DNA of 64,000 bases from Bacteroidota bacterium (GTDB lineage Bacteria > Bacteroidota > Bacteroidia > NS11-12g > UBA955), in assembly GCA_963169345.1 (NCBI GenBank), contig CAUJCT010000006.1, positions 22,819 to 86,818 of the forward strand. Reading direction: 5' to 3'. A model generated the notes under the pieces. It did no database searches. It was not told the origin of the DNA and worked only from the letters and a program-made list of their open reading frames with translations. Numbering within the stretch: the stretch's first letter is position 1; the number at the start of each line of letters is the position of its first letter. Below, piece after piece: positions 59,468-64,000 of this stretch. Both the position numbers and the translations under genes were made by a program.

Positions 59468-59496
59468 CCCTTCTGGAAAACGAAATTTTAGAAATT

Positions 59497-59751
59497 CTAA
59501 ACGAGTTGCTTGCTTAAATCGAAATTCTTGCAATACAAACTGGCCACATAGGCAGTGCTGACTGGCTTTATTTCCAAAATTTCGCCTTCAGAGTTTACAA
59601 GCTCTTCGACAAAAAAGTTAGAAATAGAATACAAATGCAGCTTGAACCCATTGTTCAGTGGCATTTCACACACAAATACAGACTTGCTTTCTAAAATTTG
59701 AATCATAGAATTCCGGTTAAATGTGGAAAATTCTACAGGTACAATAAGCAT
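59497..59751 (-). CDS. Small hypothetical protein (84 aa) between the AONS-GNAT gene and a terminator
   Basis: Position between the upstream gene stop and the terminator supports it being real. No motif recognised. Confidence 0.4.
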   Translation of the reverse strand: MLIVPVEFSTFNRNSMIQILESKSVFVCEMPLNNGFKLHLYSISNFFVEELVNSEGEILEIKPVSTAYVASLYCKNFDLSKQLV

Positions 59752-59857
59752 AATTCTGTATAGTTATTTTGAACTAGGAACAAAAGTATAACTTTCCGCC
59801 GTCTATTTCAAATATAATTAAACAAAAATTTGTCAGAAATTACACACCAAATGTTGA

Positions 59858-62296
59858 TTACGCAGTAATAGCTTGATTTTTAATAATTTGCATAGAGTCG
59901 ATTACAGATGCATTGAAATGATCCTCACTTTGCATGTAAGCAACCGTTTTATATGCAGCTGCACCCAGGCGGCGCTTCTCTAATGAAGCGGTAAATCCAA
60001 AATTAACTGTTATGCAATTCAATTCGTTAGCCCTTTTCAAAATCTGATACAAAGCTTGTCTGTAAATACTGAACGGCGTTTCAATATGCTTGTTGATACC
60101 TATAAACATAGCGTTGTATGTAGTTCCCGACTTGTAATTGAATACAACGGCCACTTCTTCAGTGGAGCCATTTTCTCCTTTCAGGCGTATGGATTGTACC
60201 TCCCAGTTCGGAAAGGAAGCGATGTTATGAAATAATTTTTCAGGTAAATCAAAAGTGTTCAATTTATAACTACCATGCTTCACTTCCTTATATAAGGCAA
60301 TCCAGTTGTTGATTTGCTCCTGACTTGGTTCGTGCACGATTTCAACTTCAAACTGATTGCTGTGTTTGAATATTTCACTTCTCACATGGTACCTTTCTTT
60401 CTTAGACAAAATACTTAAATACTGGTCTTCGGTCTTCCATACCATCTGATTGTGAATATTGGTATCAGGCATTTGTACTTTGAAGAAACCGTTTTCGAGC
60501 ATCAGTTTGTCCATTGCAGAATTGCCATCGTGGAAATCCCGGAGCATGACTGAGCTGGCATTGTATTTCTTCTGAAGCTGAGCCGCTGTGTGGTACAATT
60601 CCTGAAATGCCTGTTTCTTGAAGTTGCTTATTTCGCGTATATAAACGTGGTTACCTTCTGTTAGAAGAGAACCGGTCATCACCATTTTGGAAGTCAGGAA
60701 ATACTTATCATCCGACTGACGGATTTGTTCAATTTTTTCTGAAACAGCTTCGTGTGCCAGCATGTCATCCTTACACAAGGTAGTTGTAAAGAATGTAGCC
60801 AGTACAATCGAATCATTAGATTTTTCTCTTACTATTAGGTAATCGAAATCCCAATTGTTTTCAGGTTCAGGGTTATTTTTGAATGCATCTTCCAAAAACA
60901 CCAGCCCATCGTAATCGAAACTGCCTTTGTCTTCGAATAAACTGTTCCAAATAGATTTATCAATTTCCTTAATTGAGCTGTATCTCTCAACATTCAGCTG
61001 ACTTGAGGCCAACTGATTATGAAGTAATTCTTTCTCAATTTTCTCTTTTGGAGAGTCAATTTTGAATGACTTATATATTTGTTCGCGACTGAAGTTTTGT
61101 TCTTCCAGTACTTTGTCGAAGTGTGAAGACATAGACTGTACCATACCTTCAATCTGACTAAAAGTATGCAATCGGGTAATGGTAAAACGCACACCGGTGT
61201 TTTTCATTGGAACAGCCGGGAATGCACCCAGATTCGTATAATAGCCGTCATCCATCATTTTCTTGATGAGTTGATAACCTACTTTAGGCAGACCTACACC
61301 TATAAAGAAAACCGGAGAATCCAAATCTTTAATAAGAGGCAAACCTGCTTTTTTAATCATCAGGTTAGCATACTTGATATTTTCATGCAGGTCAGTTTGC
61401 ATGATTTTTATTTCATCAGAAAGGTGAATATCAGCAGATGCAAGAGCAGCACCTAAAGCACCCGGTTGCATAGGACCAGAAGTAATCATTGGGCCACCGC
61501 AGGTTCTGACGAAATCAGCCATTTTTCTGTTAGGGAAAACCATAACGGCACCACCGGTTGCAAAAGCCTTAGCCAAACTGATAGCCAAAACCATTTTAGG
61601 GTGCAGCAAGTGATTTTGCAATACATAGCCACGACCGTGTTTGCCATAACAGCTCATACCGTGAGCATCGTCCACATAATAGTGAAAACGCTCATATTTA
61701 TCCATTAGCTGGTAAATCTGTTCAATTGGAGAACCATCACCATACATAGAATAGATACCATCAGCCATATACCAGACCTTGTGGTACTTCTTGCTCAATT
61801 CAGCAATACGCTCCTCGAGAATATCCATACGGTTGTGCCTGAGCAGTTCCACGTGAATCCCTTTAGGTTTAAGCAAGGAAGCCGCAGTTTGAACAGAGTT
61901 GTGCACCTGGTGATCGAGAATCACGGCATCGTTATCAGAAACTACCACCGGGATAGTTGCAATATGGCCAAGAGTAGTGGTTGGAGCCACTATGCAATGC
62001 GCGTCGAAAATCTGATTGAATTTAGCTTCCAGTTCCTGGTAGTGAACTGAAGAAATATAAGCCCGAGAGGCCGAGAACTGGGTGCCGTAATTTTCGACAG
62101 CCCTGATAGCACCATCTTTCAGGCGTTGATCGAATTCGAGACCGAGGTAACTACAGGAGCTAAAGTTAACAAGCTGAAGTTGGTCAACAGTTAAGAAGTT
62201 ACCCTTAAGCGCCTGATCTGCCACATTAAGGTGAAGTATCCCACTATTCTTTCCATCAGTGATTACATCGTTGACTGTATTGAGGAAATTGTTCAT
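59858..62296 (-). CDS. Bifunctional protein: N-terminal PLP-dependent alpha-oxoamine synthase (AONS/serine-palmitoyltransferase family), C-terminal GNAT-fold (BioF2-like) acyltransferase domain. Probable acyl-amino-lipid, sphingolipid or sulfonolipid biosynthesis.
   Basis: VNFSSCSYLGL (substrate-binding motif). HGxxxxD-type block YYVDDAHGMSCYGKHGRGY. PLP-lysine motif ISLAKAFATGGAV. The C-terminal 400 aa or so has a GNAT-like beta/alpha pattern; this part is tentative. Confidence 0.65.
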   Translation of the reverse strand: MNNFLNTVNDVITDGKNSGILHLNVADQALKGNFLTVDQLQLVNFSSCSYLGLEFDQRLKDGAIRAVENYGTQFSASRAYISSVHYQELEAKFNQIFDAHCIVAPTTTLGHIATIPVVVSDNDAVILDHQVHNSVQTAASLLKPKGIHVELLRHNRMDILEERIAELSKKYHKVWYMADGIYSMYGDGSPIEQIYQLMDKYERFHYYVDDAHGMSCYGKHGRGYVLQNHLLHPKMVLAISLAKAFATGGAVMVFPNRKMADFVRTCGGPMITSGPMQPGALGAALASADIHLSDEIKIMQTDLHENIKYANLMIKKAGLPLIKDLDSPVFFIGVGLPKVGYQLIKKMMDDGYYTNLGAFPAVPMKNTGVRFTITRLHTFSQIEGMVQSMSSHFDKVLEEQNFSREQIYKSFKIDSPKEKIEKELLHNQLASSQLNVERYSSIKEIDKSIWNSLFEDKGSFDYDGLVFLEDAFKNNPEPENNWDFDYLIVREKSNDSIVLATFFTTTLCKDDMLAHEAVSEKIEQIRQSDDKYFLTSKMVMTGSLLTEGNHVYIREISNFKKQAFQELYHTAAQLQKKYNASSVMLRDFHDGNSAMDKLMLENGFFKVQMPDTNIHNQMVWKTEDQYLSILSKKERYHVRSEIFKHSNQFEVEIVHEPSQEQINNWIALYKEVKHGSYKLNTFDLPEKLFHNIASFPNWEVQSIRLKGENGSTEEVAVVFNYKSGTTYNAMFIGINKHIETPFSIYRQALYQILKRANELNCITVNFGFTASLEKRRLGAAAYKTVAYMQSEDHFNASVIDSMQIIKNQAITA

Positions 62297-62853
62297 AAGT
62301 TATGGAAAAGTATTTGAGTGGGACAAAGTTCATTAATTGAATTAACAAAACAAAGGGAAAAGTCTAAAATTTAGTATTTTGATACTAACTTCTTGAGGTA
62401 ATTATACCTAATTGCTTGAAATAAAATAATTTACAACTTAAACAAATTTTGACAAATAGAGTCAATTGATTTTCACCAACCTGTCTAATCATCAAGACGC
62501 TGGGAAACATAATCCACAATTTAACAGCGTTCATAATCATATTTTGTTTAAAATAAGTCATTTGTGATAAAAATACTATAAAATGAGCTATAAAACACAA
62601 TTTTACTATTGATATTCAATCATTTAACAAATATTTCAATAAAACAAAAAGGCATAAAAAAAGAAAAATGGGTTGCAAATGGAAAAAAAATGGCATTAAA
62701 AACGGGTTAAAAAACAGCACTTGAGAAATCCATATTTTATTCACAAACCGATTGTGAAATTGATAATCATACAGCAAAAGAAGTATACTGATTTATAGGC
62801 ACTTAAGAAAAATAAGCATTTTATTTGAACAAATTTAAAAACTCATTAAATAA

Positions 62854-63300
62854 ATGCTGTCTCATTTTGATAAAAAAAATAAGAAAATAAATTTTGTTTC
62901 TTTATGTTTGCATCGGGGAAAGTTTAAAATGAAGCAATTTGAGAACAATCAGATTCGCATGGTAATAGAAGATGGCATCTTGTATGCCACCTATAAAGCC
63001 GGTCTGAAGATGACGATCGACGATGCTAAGAATATAGTTAATGAACGCCTTAAAATATTAGAAGGCAAGTCATTACCTGTTCTTATTATCGATTCGGGCG
63101 TTGTCAGTATGGACAAATCGGCCAGAGACTTTTTGTCTTCGGATGAAGGTATTTTGGGCTTAAAAGCTGCAGCTATTATTGAGAATAGCTTGTTTAGCAA
63201 GATGCTTATTAACTTCTTTCTTCGTCTTACCAATCCAAAAATACAAGTCAAAGCCTTTAGCAGTCAAGATGAAGCGCTAAACTGGCTGAAAAGTCTTTAA
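62854..63300 (+). CDS. Hypothetical small protein, possibly STAS/SpoIIAA-like, upstream of a PAS kinase
   Basis: Clean ORF. The likely true start is MKQFENNQ… (62929). No definitive motif. Confidence 0.35.
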   Translation: MLSHFDKKNKKINFVSLCLHRGKFKMKQFENNQIRMVIEDGILYATYKAGLKMTIDDAKNIVNERLKILEGKSLPVLIIDSGVVSMDKSARDFLSSDEGILGLKAAAIIENSLFSKMLINFFLRLTNPKIQVKAFSSQDEALNWLKSL

Positions 63301-63537
63301 TCTCTTAGATTTATGCAGATTAAAACTTGAACAATTTGACGTTGTTTGATGAAGATTATTTTCATACTTTTGTACACTTAACACTTAATAACACTTAATA
63401 GCGCTTTGTCAAGCCCAATCAACTTTGAACTAGACGACAGGTTTCTACAACTGGAAGACACTCTTCTTGCGTATTCTCACGGGGATTTCTCCAAAAAACT
63501 ATTACTGTCCGATAACCTCGACACACTGGACTCCATT

Positions 63538-64000
63538 ATGTCGGGTATTAATATGCTTGGTGAGGAATTGGAAGAAACGACCATCAAAAGGGATTTCTTC
63601 AACTCAGCCTTTCACTCCATAACCGACAGTCTTGTTGTCATTGATAATGCTGGTGCTATTATCGATTTCAATGAAAGCCTGGTCGTTCTCCTCGAATACA
63701 AAAAAGAGGAAATAATCGGCCAAAACATTACTAAATTCCTTAAATTCAATAGCTTATCAAAAACTATCCAAAAATTAAATAAGGATATGAAGGCTATTGA
63801 CTTTGAATCTGAGGTTACTAACTCCTCCGGTAAAAAGATCATGGTTGAATGCCATGTCTCTGTTATCGACAACAATAAATGCCAATCTCTGGTTAAGATT
63901 CACGATCTGACATACAAACTTCAGCAGGAAGCTTCCAGAATCGCTACCATTATCAAAACTCAGGAAGAAGAACGTAATCGCGTGGCTTCCGACTTACACG
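63538..64000 (+). CDS. PAS domain sensor histidine kinase with a HisKA_3-type H-box; partial (3' end beyond the window). The start is uncertain: the ORF is open from 63382, and the first ATG is at 63538.
   Basis: PAS block …FFNSAFHSITDSLVVIDNAGAIIDFNESLVVLLEYKKEEIIGQNITKF…. H-box EEERNRVASDLH, typical of the NarX/DesK HisKA_3 family. Confidence 0.65.
   Translation, partial: MSGINMLGEELEETTIKRDFFNSAFHSITDSLVVIDNAGAIIDFNESLVVLLEYKKEEIIGQNITKFLKFNSLSKTIQKLNKDMKAIDFESEVTNSSGKKIMVECHVSVIDNNKCQSLVKIHDLTYKLQQEASRIATIIKTQEEERNRVASDLH

Noticed and set aside
59497-59751. 84-aa protein considered as an acyl carrier protein for the AONS-GNAT enzyme
   Set aside because: No DSL phosphopantetheine-attachment motif and not acidic or helical like ACP.
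1-64000. Searched for integrase, transposase or recombinase genes, rRNA, CRISPR and cas genes
   Set aside because: None recognisable in any ORF. The putative islets therefore lack visible mobility genes in this window.

Overview
64-kb chromosomal segment from a low-GC (mid-30s %) Bacteroidota genome, judged by Bacteroidetes-style TAnnTTTG promoters and a very high density of secreted proteins with type-IX-secretion (T9SS, Por_Secre_tail) C-terminal sorting domains. This assignment is an inference from sequence patterns, not a search.

Gene content from 5' to 3':
- a two-component regulatory cluster: partial multi-PAS sensor, LytTR response regulator, LuxR-type response regulator, and a 7TM-PAS histidine kinase;
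- a 1624-aa beta-helix/PKD T9SS cargo protein;
- an AT-rich spacer carrying a twice-repeated 30-bp palindromic motif and long hairpins;
- a Kef/CPA2 K+/H+ antiporter with two RCK_C domains;
- a di-haem cytochrome c peroxidase with a putative beta-barrel protein;
- an FMN-binding GltS-like protein and an Rnk/GreA-like protein;
- an RND efflux operon (membrane-fusion protein, AcrB-like pump, TolC-like outer-membrane factor);
- an oxygen/NO-related cluster: Rrf2/NsrR-like regulator, cbb3 oxidase (CcoN with an N-terminal extension, a CcoO fused to a second c-type haem domain, a CcoQ-like protein), a group-III truncated haemoglobin, a hemerythrin-like protein, and small membrane proteins;
- 5-formyltetrahydrofolate cyclo-ligase;
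- an orphan, apparently accessory stretch of hypothetical genes that ends at tRNA-Val;
- tRNA-Val, preceded by two tandem 116-bp repeats that each regenerate the 5' end and the T-arm of the tRNA;
- two giant T9SS adhesin-like proteins (1232 and 1365 aa; PKD, GEVED and Ig-like domains);
- a HigA-like HTH protein paired with an AbiEii-type nucleotidyltransferase (toxin-antitoxin or abortive-infection-like), sitting next to tRNA-Arg;
- further T9SS cargo proteins, an SDR oxidoreductase, MlaEF, and a GT39/ArnT-like membrane glycosyltransferase;
- an S46 dipeptidyl-peptidase;
- a paralogous pair of T9SS cargo proteins flanking a 1.6-kb ORF-free region;
- a PLP-dependent alpha-oxoamine synthase fused to a GNAT/BioF2-like domain, with an 84-aa downstream ORF;
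- a partial PAS-HisKA_3 kinase at the window end.

No integrase, transposase, CRISPR array or rRNA was seen.

Notable oddities:
- a 12-nt BamHI+SpeI polylinker-like string that encodes TSGS-stop at the end of a short ORF;
- an apparent frameshift at the start of the first PAS gene;
- a 90-bp tRNA-flank module that is homologous between the two tRNA loci and brackets a 10-kb segment;
- an octamer tandem repeat in a divergent promoter region.
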